Assembly: GCA_963729625.1 (NCBI GenBank)
Contig: CAVSOU010000011.1
Location: forward strand, 320,001-384,000
Direction: 5' to 3'
DNA length: 64,000 bases
Source of the DNA: an uncultured bacterium
GTDB taxonomy: Bacteria; Chloroflexota; UBA5177; JANWHV01
Under the pieces are notes generated by a model that was not told the DNA's origin, searched no databases, and saw nothing but the letters and a program-made list of their open reading frames with translations. Positions within the stretch are counted from its first letter, which is position 1; the number at the start of each line of letters is the position of its first letter. The position numbers and the translations under genes are program-made. Shown here in pieces: positions 10,357 to 19,813 of this stretch.

Positions 10357-11256
10357 ATGAACCGCATTTGGGACAACGACATCGAAATAGCTGAAATACA
10401 ATCCCTGCCTGCGCTGGCGGAGTGGCAGGCGGTTGAGGCGCTTGTGTGGTCAGGCTCTGAATCCGAGATACTGCATACCGGCTTGCTCATCACGCTCCAA
10501 CGCTACGGCGGCCTGCTCCTCAGCGCCCGAGACCAATCTGGAAAGATGATTGGAGTCCTGTTGGGCTTTCCTGGACTCAAGAACGGCGAGCTCGTTCACT
10601 GTTCGCATTTGCTCGGCATGCTGCCTGAGTGGCGCAGCAAGCACGTTGGATACGGAATGAAGCTGAGGCAACGCGAGTTCGTGCTGAACCAGGGCCTGGA
10701 CGTGGTCGTGTGGACGTTCGATCCTCTTGAGTCGCGGAACGCACATCTGAATGTGGGGTACCTGGGCGCGATTGCGCATCAGTACAGCCCAAACCTCTAC
10801 GGCAGTATGAACGACGCTTTCAATCACAGCATGGAGTCAGATCGATTGACGGCTGCCTGGTACATCCGGCACTCCCGAGTCGAGGCGCGGCTGGCCGGTG
10901 CGCGGCCGGCGCCCCTGGCACGAGATCTGCTGGCGTCGGGCCTGCCGTTGGTCACGCGCTGCGAAGCGGGAGTGCTGGCGGCCGCTCAGGAGCCGTACGC
11001 ACGGCTGGTCGACACCGTGCTCGGTGCGGATTCCGCGGCGATGCTTCTCGAAGTGCCTTCGAATTTTCAGGCGATCAAGCGATTTGCCGACGCGGACGCA
11101 CGTGCATGGCGGTATGGCACACGGTCGGTCTTCACCGATTTGTTTGATCGCGGCTATGCCGTGTTGGACTTCGCGGTTGACGTCCGGCCCGGCGAGCTGA
11201 CTCGCTGTTACTATGTGGTTGGCCGGCTGGAGTCGTTTTGGCATGATCCGGCGTGA
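10357..11256 (+). CDS. GNAT-family acyltransferase (putative D-amino-acid N-succinyltransferase)
   Basis: HCSHLLG, LKLRQR, WTFDPLESRNAHLN, YG.M.D..N and SDRL motifs are typical of the GNAT found beside NSAR/OSBS genes. Confidence 0.85.
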   Translation: MNRIWDNDIEIAEIQSLPALAEWQAVEALVWSGSESEILHTGLLITLQRYGGLLLSARDQSGKMIGVLLGFPGLKNGELVHCSHLLGMLPEWRSKHVGYGMKLRQREFVLNQGLDVVVWTFDPLESRNAHLNVGYLGAIAHQYSPNLYGSMNDAFNHSMESDRLTAAWYIRHSRVEARLAGARPAPLARDLLASGLPLVTRCEAGVLAAAQEPYARLVDTVLGADSAAMLLEVPSNFQAIKRFADADARAWRYGTRSVFTDLFDRGYAVLDFAVDVRPGELTRCYYVVGRLESFWHDPA

Positions 11257-11271
11257 GAGTGGAGCCGATTG

Positions 11272-12390
11272 ATGTATCTCGAGGAAGTGGAAGTCTTCTA
11301 CGTCACGATGCCCTTGGTCACACCGTTCACGACCAGCTTTGGCACCCAGGTCGAAAGGCCTTGTTTGCTCGTGCGTCTCGCCGGTGGAGGCGTCGAAGGA
11401 TGGGGCGAGTGCGTGGCTGGAGACGGACCGTGGTATTCCTATGAAACCGTCGAGACTGCGTGGCACGTCATCAAGGCATTCGTCGTGCCCGAGCTGGTGG
11501 GCCGCGACGTGGCAGACGCGGCGGATCTCTGGGTGCGGCTGGCGCGAATCCGCGGGCATCGCATGGCAATCGCGGCAGTCGAGCAGGCCTTCTGGGATCT
11601 CTTGGCTCATGCGGAAGCAAAGCCGCTGGCCGAAGTCCTCGGCGGCACGCGCTCCGAGACGCCGAGCGGTGTCAGCATCGGGATCAAGGAGACGCCGGAG
11701 AAGCTGGTAGAAAGCGTCAGGTTGCACGTCGAACAGGGCTACCGGCGCATCAAGCTCAAGATCGCGCCTGGCCGCGATCTGCAATTCGTGGCGGCGGTTC
11801 GCGAGCGGTTTCCAGACATCCTGCTCAGCGTGGACGCCAACTCGGCCTATACGTTGGCGGACGCCGGCCACCTCGGCGAGCTGGACCGGTTCGGCCTGCT
11901 GATGATCGAGCAGCCGCTGGGCGACGACGATATAGTCGATCATGCCGACCTCCAGCGGCAGCTGCGCACCGCGATTTGTCTGGACGAGGCCATCTGCAGT
12001 CCGGAAGACGCTCGGCACGCCATCGCCCTGGGAAGTTGCCGCATCATCAACATCAAGCCGGGTCGTGTTGGCGGCCTGCTGCGTAGCCGGCAGATCCACG
12101 ACATCTGCCAGGCGTCCGGAGTGCCCGTGTGGTGTGGAGGAATGCTGGAAACCAACGTCGGTCGGGCGACCAATGTCTGCCTGGCCAGTCTGCCGGGCTT
12201 CACATTGCCCAGCGACATTTCGGCGAGCGCACGGTACTTCCATGAGGATATTGCCGGTCCGTCGTTTGTGCTCCAGCCCAACGGCACGATGAAGGTACGT
12301 ACCGAGCCCGGCATCGGCGTGGACGTCGATCGCGCGGCGCTTGCGCGCGTAACGCAGCGGAGCCAGTCGTTTTCCAGCACGCGGGCATAG
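11272..12390 (+). CDS. menC: o-succinylbenzoate synthase / N-succinylamino-acid racemase (enolase superfamily)
   Basis: RIKLKI, VDANSAY, IEQPL, CLDE, NIKPGRVGG, WCGGMLE and PSDISAS motifs of the NSAR/OSBS subfamily. Confidence 0.9.
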   Translation: MYLEEVEVFYVTMPLVTPFTTSFGTQVERPCLLVRLAGGGVEGWGECVAGDGPWYSYETVETAWHVIKAFVVPELVGRDVADAADLWVRLARIRGHRMAIAAVEQAFWDLLAHAEAKPLAEVLGGTRSETPSGVSIGIKETPEKLVESVRLHVEQGYRRIKLKIAPGRDLQFVAAVRERFPDILLSVDANSAYTLADAGHLGELDRFGLLMIEQPLGDDDIVDHADLQRQLRTAICLDEAICSPEDARHAIALGSCRIINIKPGRVGGLLRSRQIHDICQASGVPVWCGGMLETNVGRATNVCLASLPGFTLPSDISASARYFHEDIAGPSFVLQPNGTMKVRTEPGIGVDVDRAALARVTQRSQSFSSTRA

Positions 12391-12415
12391 AGCGGCCGGC
12401 TGACGACTGAATAGC

Positions 12416-12964
12416 ATGCACGCAGATCTGGAATCCGCACTTGCAGAGCTCGATCCGCCGGCAAGGACGCTAAAGGTGCTGAAACCGTCGTACCTCGATC
12501 CGGGTGATTGGCGGCCGCGAGGGGCGCGCGCGCCTGCCGGATGGCAGTCCTTGCGAGGGGACGTGCTGCAACGCGACGGAGGCTGCGTGTATTGTGGCCA
12601 GGGCGAGGGGGCTGACAGGCACGCCAGGCTGGAGGTCAACCACCTCAACGGCTATCGAGACAATCGCCTGGAGGCGCTCGAGACCGTGTGCGTGCTCTGC
12701 CATCGGGTTCTTCATGGCGGTCGCAGCGCGGCCGTTTACGGTAGTTTGCTGCTCTATCAAGAGGCTGGCTGCGATCAGAATACGCTTATCCGGCTCTGCT
12801 GGATGCTCAGGACCAGACACCACAAGCGGGATCGCGAGCTGATGAGCCTGCTAGGGCTGAAGGACAAGGTGCCGTTCCGTATGGATCGTGCCTACCTGGC
12901 AGGTCTTAGTGGCTACGTGGTCGAGCGTTTCTGGTTGCTGGAAAGCGGGGGAGGCCAAGGCTAA
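12416..12964 (+). CDS. HNH-fold Zn-binding protein (DotN/IcmJ-like architecture)
   Basis: VLQRDGGCVYCG...LEVNHLNG..DNRLEALETVCVLCHRVLH has two CxxC pairs flanking an H-N-H core. Confidence 0.8.
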   Translation: MHADLESALAELDPPARTLKVLKPSYLDPGDWRPRGARAPAGWQSLRGDVLQRDGGCVYCGQGEGADRHARLEVNHLNGYRDNRLEALETVCVLCHRVLHGGRSAAVYGSLLLYQEAGCDQNTLIRLCWMLRTRHHKRDRELMSLLGLKDKVPFRMDRAYLAGLSGYVVERFWLLESGGGQG

Positions 12965-13068
12965 CTGCCAGGAGCGCCGAGGCAATACGGTTCCAGACGG
13001 TGGCGCGCGAACGCCTAGGTGTCGCAACTTTGCCGGCGCCTCGCGGCTGCATGAGTTGTCGATCGCCA

Positions 13069-13464
13069 TCACTCTACCGCGATTCTGACGAATGAATCTC
13101 CATCGTGCACTTCAAGCAGTGTGTTCTCCCCATCTTCCACCTGCAGGCCTTCCAAGATTGCCTCGATGCTGATTTCCCGCTCTTCCAGGTACGTTTGCGC
13201 CTGGCGCGGAATGAATCGGCCGGCAGCGCGAGCCAGAGCCAGGGGAATCCGCACGTTTACCTTCGTCTTATCGCCTTCAATGATCTCGATGGATAAGTGC
13301 CGCTTGGTTGCCGACCGGGCCGCCGTGGCGAGCGCTGGCGGCGCCGGAGGCGGTGAAGACTTTCGCTGGTGCTCGAGTGCGGCGAGGAGGTCGCCGGCCT
13401 CAGCAGGCGTGATCGTGCCTTCGGCCACCATGCGCAAAATGCGCGCTTGCTCGTCGTCGCCCAT
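13069..13464 (-). CDS. SHOCT-like (YvlB N-terminal type) domain protein
   Basis: N-terminal EQARILRMVAEGTITPAEAGDLLAAL and C-terminal KVNVRIPL...VRIAVE pattern; GAGGAG RBS. Confidence 0.8.
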   Translation of the reverse strand: MGDDEQARILRMVAEGTITPAEAGDLLAALEHQRKSSPPPAPPALATAARSATKRHLSIEIIEGDKTKVNVRIPLALARAAGRFIPRQAQTYLEEREISIEAILEGLQVEDGENTLLEVHDGDSFVRIAVE

Positions 13465-13536
13465 TAGCAGAATCTCCTCGCGCTATAGCAGAGTGCGGTA
13501 CCGAACCCGCGAGCAACGCGCCGCAAGTTCTCAACT

Positions 13537-13565
13537 ATTATCTAGTCTGTATATAAGAATGTCAA
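13537..13565 (-). promoter_or_regulatory. sigma70-type promoter for the SHOCT-like gene
   Basis: Minus strand TTGACA (13565-13560), 17 nt, GATAAT (13542-13537), in an AT-rich tract. Confidence 0.7.
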
Positions 13566-13705
13566 TACTCTATCACAAATATTAAACTCATCTATGGGCC
13601 CGATGCGCGAGTGGCGTGCTGCGCACCGCGAACGGACAGACGCCAGCGGTCGCCAAGGCTCGCGTTCTAATCCATGGGGGCACAGAGGGGAGTGATGTCG
13701 CACGA

Positions 13706-13794
13706 GCCAGGCGGTTCTGCACATAACGACTGAAACTCTATCTCTTGGTTGAAAGAGTTTAGGTAGGGGTTCTAATCGTTATGTGTAGGCCTGG
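13706..13794. repeat. Imperfect inverted repeat (MITE-like remnant or RNA hairpin)
   Basis: CACATAACGA...TCGTTATGTG perfect 10-bp arms, outer CCAGG/CCTGG and inner AAACTCT/AGAGTTT pairing. Confidence 0.5.
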
Positions 13795-13921
13795 GTTTCG
13801 CGTGTTGGCGCCAACTTGCTCGTCCGCATGTACAATGCCGTGAGGCGACCTCTGTGCTGCCTGCCCCGCCCAGCCGGACTGGACTGAAGCCCGGGTGACT
13901 CACCGTTCGGGAGAGTGCTCA

Positions 13922-14526
13922 ATGGCAGACGAACGCCTGAAACGGCAGATCGAGTTCATCGTAGAGATAGACCAACTCAAAAGCGTGCTCCGACGCACCA
14001 CGATCATGAGCGGATCACGGCAAGAGAACAGCGCGGAGCATTCATGGCACCTCGCGCTCATGGCCCTGACGCTCTCCGAATATGCCGACGATTCGATCGA
14101 CATCGGCCGCGTGCTCCGGCTGGTCTTGCTCCACGACATCGTGGAGGTTGACGCAGGAGATACCTTCTGCTATGACGAGGCAGCCGCGCTCAGCCAGGCC
14201 GAACGCGAGCACCGAGCAGCGCTAGCGTGTCTTCGGCCTGCTGCCGGACGATCAGGCAGGCGCGTTACGCGAACTCTGGTACGAATTCGAAGCGGGGGAG
14301 TCTGCCGAAGCGCGCTTTGCCGTTGCACTCGACCGGCTGCAACCCCTTCTCTGCAACATGGAGAGCAAGGGCGGTTCGTGGGCTAAGTACGGGATCAGCG
14401 CCGACCAGGCACGCACGCGTATGGCCCCAATTGCCCGAAGCTCCGAGCGACTTGCAGACCTTTGCTCGCACGCTCATCGACGAGGCAATTGCTCGCGGCT
14501 TCCTGAAAGAGCCGCAGAACACCTAA
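13922..14526 (+). pseudogene. HD-domain phosphohydrolase (HDDC2/YfbR-like) with two frameshifts
   Basis: ENSAEHSWHL...LLHDIVE in the first frame. It continues as RVFGLLPDDQ...ALDRLQP after a frameshift near 14222 and as QTFARTLIDEAIARGFL* after another near 14450. Confidence 0.85.
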
Positions 14527-14838
14527 CTCTGCTCCGCCGGAGACGCGTCGACGTACTTTCGTTCGCCAGTTGCTGGATTGTATTGCACTTCGACGAGGCG
14601 CTTCGTGGTCGGGATCCACGAAGCGCTCACCGGTCAGTTCCCAGTGCCCTGGGCCTCGCCCCAGGCGAGGCTGATAGTAGCTGCGCTCGAAGATCACGCC
14701 CCGGTAATCAATGAAGCCGTTCACTCCCAGATACGCGATAGCTACCCAGTGCGAACCTCTCAGCATCAGTAACTCGGCGCCGAGCAGCATGACCACCCCG
14801 TAGACAGCAACGACGATCCGGAGCACGATGCCGGTCAC
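14523..14838 (-). pseudogene. Small membrane protein with ERFVDP...YNPATGERKY C-terminus, frameshifted
   Basis: GTG 14838 overlaps the ybjQ stop; hydrophobic N-terminus, then TGERFVDP. Removing one base gives DPTTKRLVEVQYNPATGERKYVDASPAEQS*, stop 14525-14523. Confidence 0.6.
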
Positions 14839-15176
14839 CCTTCGATCTGGACGATGACTGCAGTACCAAACGCGCATACTTCAGTCATTGTCTTACCGCT
14901 GGCACACGAGTCAAAGCACATCATCGTCACAGCGTTTGCGCCGCGCGCCTGAGCGTTGGCGACCATGCGATCGATTGCTTGACGGCGCGTATCCTCCAGA
15001 AGTCGCGTGTACTCGGTTATCTCGCCCCCGCCCAGCGAGCGCAGGCCGGCAACAACGTTTCCGCCGAGTCCACGGCTGCGTACTACGACACCGGCAACCT
15101 CACCCAGAATCTCCGCCGTGCCGTAGCCCACTATCTTCCCGGTTGTCGTCACGATCATCAGCGCCTCCGTCGACAC
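14835..15176 (-). CDS. YbjQ / UPF0145 family protein
   Basis: MIVTTT...VRSRG...GLRSLGGGEITEYT.LL...R..AI.RM...A...GANAV...EVCAFGTAV. Confidence 0.9.
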   Translation of the reverse strand: MSTEALMIVTTTGKIVGYGTAEILGEVAGVVVRSRGLGGNVVAGLRSLGGGEITEYTRLLEDTRRQAIDRMVANAQARGANAVTMMCFDSCASGKTMTEVCAFGTAVIVQIEG

Positions 15177-15411
15177 GTGTCATCTCGAATGATACGGCAC
15201 TGGAGAAGGAACATGCCGACACAACCGGCTCTTCCCGCGATCAACGGCTTCTCGATCGGGCGTGGTGCTGCCGGTTGGGGGTATACTGACGCGAAACCAG
15301 CGGATACATGGGCGCCATGGCCTGCCGTCGCTTGCGCGCTCATTCGGCCCGTTCCCAGTCGGCCGTGCGCGCCCCAGCGCGCTTTGGCCGCGACCTCAAG
15401 GAGATCCACCC

Positions 15412-17442
15412 ATGAGCAACCGATTGGCCTTCGAGAGCAGCCCATACCTTCTCCAGCACAAGGACAATCCCGTGGATTGGTATCCCTGGGGCGACGAGGC
15501 CCTTGCGCGCGCCAAGGCCGAAGACAAACCCATTCTGTTGAGCATCGGCTACTCGGCCTGTCATTGGTGCCATGTGATGGAGCGCGAGTCCTTCGAGGAC
15601 GATGAGACAGCCGCACTCATGAACCGGCTCTTCATTCCGATCAAGGTAGATCGCGAGGAACGCCCAGACCTCGACATGATCTACATGGAAGCGGTTCAGC
15701 GGCTCACCGGGCATGGGGGCTGGCCCATGACAGTATTCCTCACACCGGATACGCGGCCCTTCTACGGGGGGACGTATTACCCGCCAGAGCCGCGCCACGG
15801 CATGCCGGCATTCAGGACGGTGCTAACAGCTATTGCCGAGACCTATCGGTCTCGGAGAGGCGAGGTCGAAGAGGGCGCCGCGGAGTTCCTCGGAAACCTC
15901 GGCACGCACATTCCTGTACCGGACACCCTCGAGCTGAGCACAGATCTGGTGCTGCATGCGGCAATAGCCATGAGCGCGCGGTACGACAATCGCTACGGTG
16001 GCTTTGGCACTTCGCCCAAGTTCCCCCAGCCCATGGTACTGGAGCTGCTCCTTCGCGCGCACACCATCGGCGTACCGCAGGCCCTGGCAATGGCCCGAAA
16101 CACCCTGGACCAGATGTCGCGCGGCGGTATGTACGATCATCTTGGCGGCGGGTTCCATCGCTATAGCGTTGACGAGCGGTGGCTTGTGCCTCACTTCGAG
16201 AAAATGCTCTACGACAATGCCCAGCTGGCTCGCCTGTACACCATGGGGTTTACCCTCACCGAGGACCCATCGTATCGCCGCACCGCGAAGGAGACTCTGC
16301 GCTACCTGCTGCGAGAGATGCGTTCGCCGGAAGGTGGATTCTACTCCACACAAGACGCCGATAGTGAGGGCCACGAAGGGAGGTTCTTCCTTTGGCACGC
16401 CGATGAGATTCGGGGACTGCTGGGAGACGATGCGCGTCTCTTCATGCGTGTGTACGGGGTGACACCTCGCGGCAACTTCGAAGGCAGCACTATCCTCCAC
16501 CTGGCGCGACCGATCGCGGACATGGCCGCCGACTCCGCCGAGTCCCCGGAGGCGATGGACGTACAAATCGCGCAGTGTCGCCGCACACTTTTCGAAGCGA
16601 GAGAGAAGCGAGTACATCCTCACCGCGACGACAAAGTGCTCACGGCCTGGAACGGCCTGATGCTCCGCGCGCTCGCGGACGCCGCCGCGGCTTTCGGAGA
16701 CCCGCTGTACCGCGACGCGGCAGAGACAAACGCGGGCTTCGTCCTTACGGCTTTAAAGCACAATGGTCGCCTCCTCCGCAGTTACCGAGACGGCAAAGCG
16801 AAGATCAACGCATTTCTCGACGATTACGCCTTCCTAGCGGATGGGCTGCTCGCGCTCTATGAAACAACCGGCACCCACCAGTGGCTGACTGAGGCAATCT
16901 TGCTGGCACACATCATGATCGATCGCTTCGCCGATCCGGACGGCGGGCCTTTCTTCAGCACGGCAGACGACGACGCACAGCTTGTGAGCCGGCCGCGCGA
17001 GATTGTCGACAACGCGGTCCCAAGCGGTAACTCAGTGGCGGCCGAGGTGATGCTTCGTCTGGCCGTTCACACGGGTGATAGCGCTTACCGCGAGCAAGCG
17101 CTGCGCGCCATCGCGCCGCTGCAACACGCCGCGCTGCAACAGCCACTTGCATTCGGCAGGATTCTGTGCGCGGCGGACATGGCCACCGCCCCACAGCGGG
17201 AGCTGGCAATCGTCGGCGAGTCAGACGATCCGGACGTGCGCGCACTGCTGCGAGTCGCTCAACGGCGATTCGATCCGAATCTTGTGATTGGTATTGCAGC
17301 CCCCGAACACGCCGCGCTCAGCCGCTCGCCGTTGTTTCTCGGTAGAGAGCAGCGCGACGGCCGGGCAACCGCGTACCTTTGCCGTCACTACACCTGCCTG
17401 GCGCCCGTGACTGCTCCAAACGAGCTAGCCCAGATCCTCTAG
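15412..17442 (+). CDS. YyaL/SSP411 thioredoxin-domain protein (DUF255 + six-hairpin glycosidase-like fold)
   Basis: [49 protein letters not shown]; AAGGAG RBS before ATG 15412. Confidence 0.95.
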   Translation: MSNRLAFESSPYLLQHKDNPVDWYPWGDEALARAKAEDKPILLSIGYSACHWCHVMERESFEDDETAALMNRLFIPIKVDREERPDLDMIYMEAVQRLTGHGGWPMTVFLTPDTRPFYGGTYYPPEPRHGMPAFRTVLTAIAETYRSRRGEVEEGAAEFLGNLGTHIPVPDTLELSTDLVLHAAIAMSARYDNRYGGFGTSPKFPQPMVLELLLRAHTIGVPQALAMARNTLDQMSRGGMYDHLGGGFHRYSVDERWLVPHFEKMLYDNAQLARLYTMGFTLTEDPSYRRTAKETLRYLLREMRSPEGGFYSTQDADSEGHEGRFFLWHADEIRGLLGDDARLFMRVYGVTPRGNFEGSTILHLARPIADMAADSAESPEAMDVQIAQCRRTLFEAREKRVHPHRDDKVLTAWNGLMLRALADAAAAFGDPLYRDAAETNAGFVLTALKHNGRLLRSYRDGKAKINAFLDDYAFLADGLLALYETTGTHQWLTEAILLAHIMIDRFADPDGGPFFSTADDDAQLVSRPREIVDNAVPSGNSVAAEVMLRLAVHTGDSAYREQALRAIAPLQHAALQQPLAFGRILCAADMATAPQRELAIVGESDDPDVRALLRVAQRRFDPNLVIGIAAPEHAALSRSPLFLGREQRDGRATAYLCRHYTCLAPVTAPNELAQIL

Positions 17443-17462
17443 CGCTTCCTGCGAACACGCAT

Positions 17463-18233
17463 CTATGGCGTGGTCAGGAGTTGCGGCAGCACAGAACCCG
17501 CCCCGCCGGCCAACGTCACCGTCGCGTGTAGCAGGCCCGAACCTGGCCAAGCATAGCCGTTTGAGCGAAGAGCCGGCTCCGGGTTGACCTCGACGATTGG
17601 TATCCCGTGGCGATCCGCGTGCCACAGCAAACCGGTCGGCGTCGTCACCAGCAACGACGTTCCGACCAGGAGCACAGCGCCCGCACCTTCGATCGCCGCG
17701 GCTGAGCCCCTGACCACGTCATCCGGCAGCATTTCGCCAAACCAGACGACCGCGGGACGCACAAAGCTCCCGCAGCGCGAGCAGCGCGGCACGGTTTCCG
17801 CATCCGCGACACCGAGCACCTCGTGGCGACGGTCGGCGCAGAAGAAACGATGGAGGCTGCCGTGCATCTCCACAACCGTGCTGCTTCCCGCCCGCCTGTG
17901 CAGCCCGTCTACATTCTGCGTGACGATGCGCACTGACGCATGTTGCTCCCACTGGACGAGGGCGCGGTAACCTGGATGCGGCGTCGCCTCGAGCGCCGTC
18001 CGGCGCCGCGCGGCGTACCAGGCCCAGACCCGCTGAGGATCGGCGGCGAATCCTTCCGCCGTCGCCAGCGTCTGTGCCAACGTATCCCAGTCCTCCCCGC
18101 CGTCAGCGTCGCGAAACGTCGGGATTCCGCACTCCGCAGACATGCCTGCCCCTGTTATGACAAGTAGGTTCTCCGCTGCGGCAATGATCTCGCGGGCCTC
18201 GGCCAGTGCCTCTTCCGATACTCCGACTGGCAT
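17463..18233 (-). CDS. cobB: NAD-dependent protein deacylase (sirtuin, class III-like)
   Basis: GAGMSAECGIPTFR, TQNVDGLH, HGSL, RPAVVWFGE, VGTS; W.WY..RR motif; GGAGGAG RBS before ATG 18233. Confidence 0.92.
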   Translation of the reverse strand: MPVGVSEEALAEAREIIAAAENLLVITGAGMSAECGIPTFRDADGGEDWDTLAQTLATAEGFAADPQRVWAWYAARRRTALEATPHPGYRALVQWEQHASVRIVTQNVDGLHRRAGSSTVVEMHGSLHRFFCADRRHEVLGVADAETVPRCSRCGSFVRPAVVWFGEMLPDDVVRGSAAAIEGAGAVLLVGTSLLVTTPTGLLWHADRHGIPIVEVNPEPALRSNGYAWPGSGLLHATVTLAGGAGSVLPQLLTTP

Positions 18234-18490
18234 ACAACGACTCCTCCTGAGATAGTGTACTTGGGGCCGAGCCATATCCATGCGCCCAGAGCGACCAAGT
18301 GCCTGGAACACGCGATCACATTGTGCAGGCATGCACGCGCCGAGACTGGTCGTGGTGTCGACAGCACGCTACAGTGCATCTATGGCGGATGCGTGCACGG
18401 TCCCGGCCAGCCAGATGCTACGGCGGGAGAATCGCACTCCAGTGGGCGCGTCAGACGTTGACTGGAAGGACATAGGGAGAGCGTCATTGC

Positions 18491-19660
18491 ATGGCCTATG
18501 ACCTGGTGCTCAAGGGCGGAACGGTTGTCGATCCTGGCAATGCAGTTCATGCCCCGCTAGACGTCGCGGTCCGGGATGGCTGCGTCGCGGCAGTTTCGGC
18601 TGATGTGCCGACAGGTGAAGCCGACGTCGTACTGGACATGCGCGGCTGCCTGATCGCGCCCGGCCTCATCGACCTCCACACACATTGCTATTGGGGAGCC
18701 ACCTATTGGGGGATCGAGCCAGACCCGGTGTCTGCGCGCTCAGGAGTCACGACTTGGGTAGACGCCGGAAGTGCCGGCGCGTACAACTTTCCGGCGTTCC
18801 GACGCTATGTCGTCGAAGCGAGTCGCTCGCGCGTGCTTGCCCTTCTCAACGTCAGCACTATTGGACTCGTAGCACCCACATATGAGCTGACCAACCCGGC
18901 CTATTGCGATGTCGACGCCGGGGAGATCGTGGTCGAGGCGAACCGCGACTGTATCCGAGGCATCAAGGCGCGTGTGGATCGCGCGACAACCGGCGAGATA
19001 GGTGTCGAAGGCCTCCGGCGTGCACGAATGCTCGCCGATCGCGTTCGGTTGCCGCTGATGGTTCACATCGCTTCTGCGCCCCCGCACCTGCAGGAGATCG
19101 CCGGCTTCTTGAGGGCCGGTGACATCCTCACGCACTGCTTTACCGGACAGGACAATCGCCTCGTCGATCCGGCCGGCAATGTGCTCCCGATGGCGAAGGG
19201 CCTCCGCGACATCGGCGTGATGCTGGATATCGGTCACGGATCCGGAAGCTTCAGCTTTGCCTCCGCGGAGGCGCTGCTGGCTGGCGGTATTGCGCCCGAC
19301 ATAATCAGCAGCGACATTCACCAGCTCAGTCGAATCGGTGCCATGTGCGATCTGCCGACCACACTATCGAAGTTCCTGCATCTGGGAATGTCTCTTGACG
19401 CTGTGATAGCCAGCGCCACCGTACGACCGGCGGCAGCGATCGGAGAACGTGCACTCGGCACTCTCAGCGTCGGATCGCGCGCCGACATCGCCGTCTTCCA
19501 ACTCGAATATGGGGAGTTCACATATTCCGATACCGCCTGGCAGTCACGGCAGGGGTCCGTTCGCCTAGTGAGCGCTGCGACGTTTGTCGGCGGCGAAAGG
19601 TTGCCACGGTTGGAGGAGCGCCCTCCCGCGCCCTGGGTGGCGCGGGACTCGACGCGATAG
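18491..19660 (+). CDS. Amidohydrolase/deacetylase family metallohydrolase (EF_0837/Atu3266-like)
   Basis: PGLIDLHTH, DAGSAG, GIKAR, MVHI, DILTHCF, DIGHGSGSF, ISSDIH. Confidence 0.9.
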   Translation: MAYDLVLKGGTVVDPGNAVHAPLDVAVRDGCVAAVSADVPTGEADVVLDMRGCLIAPGLIDLHTHCYWGATYWGIEPDPVSARSGVTTWVDAGSAGAYNFPAFRRYVVEASRSRVLALLNVSTIGLVAPTYELTNPAYCDVDAGEIVVEANRDCIRGIKARVDRATTGEIGVEGLRRARMLADRVRLPLMVHIASAPPHLQEIAGFLRAGDILTHCFTGQDNRLVDPAGNVLPMAKGLRDIGVMLDIGHGSGSFSFASAEALLAGGIAPDIISSDIHQLSRIGAMCDLPTTLSKFLHLGMSLDAVIASATVRPAAAIGERALGTLSVGSRADIAVFQLEYGEFTYSDTAWQSRQGSVRLVSAATFVGGERLPRLEERPPAPWVARDSTR

Positions 19661-19813
19661 TGTCCGGTTCTCGCAGGTCCGGCGGTCTGACTGCCGAGCG
19701 TGGAATGGCCTTGTAGCTGCCGCCGGGTCACGGCGGTTCCTCCCGCTCTGGCACTGGCCCGTTGCAGAAGCAAGCGAACGCCGCATAGATATGACCTTGC
19801 GATCGGCCCCTTT

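Noticed and set aside
10837-12648. 603-aa minus-strand ORF and similar long ORFs (38248-40320 +, 49893-51449 +, 53331-54722 +, 23985-25337 +, 62997-63998 -)
   Set aside because: Antisense shadows of well-supported genes in GC-rich DNA, with no recognisable motifs.
17463-18233. Sirtuin as a SIR2 anti-phage effector (Thoeris/DSR) partnering the TIR protein
   Set aside because: It has ordinary CobB deacylase motifs and size, lies more than 30 kb from the TIR gene, and has no defence context.
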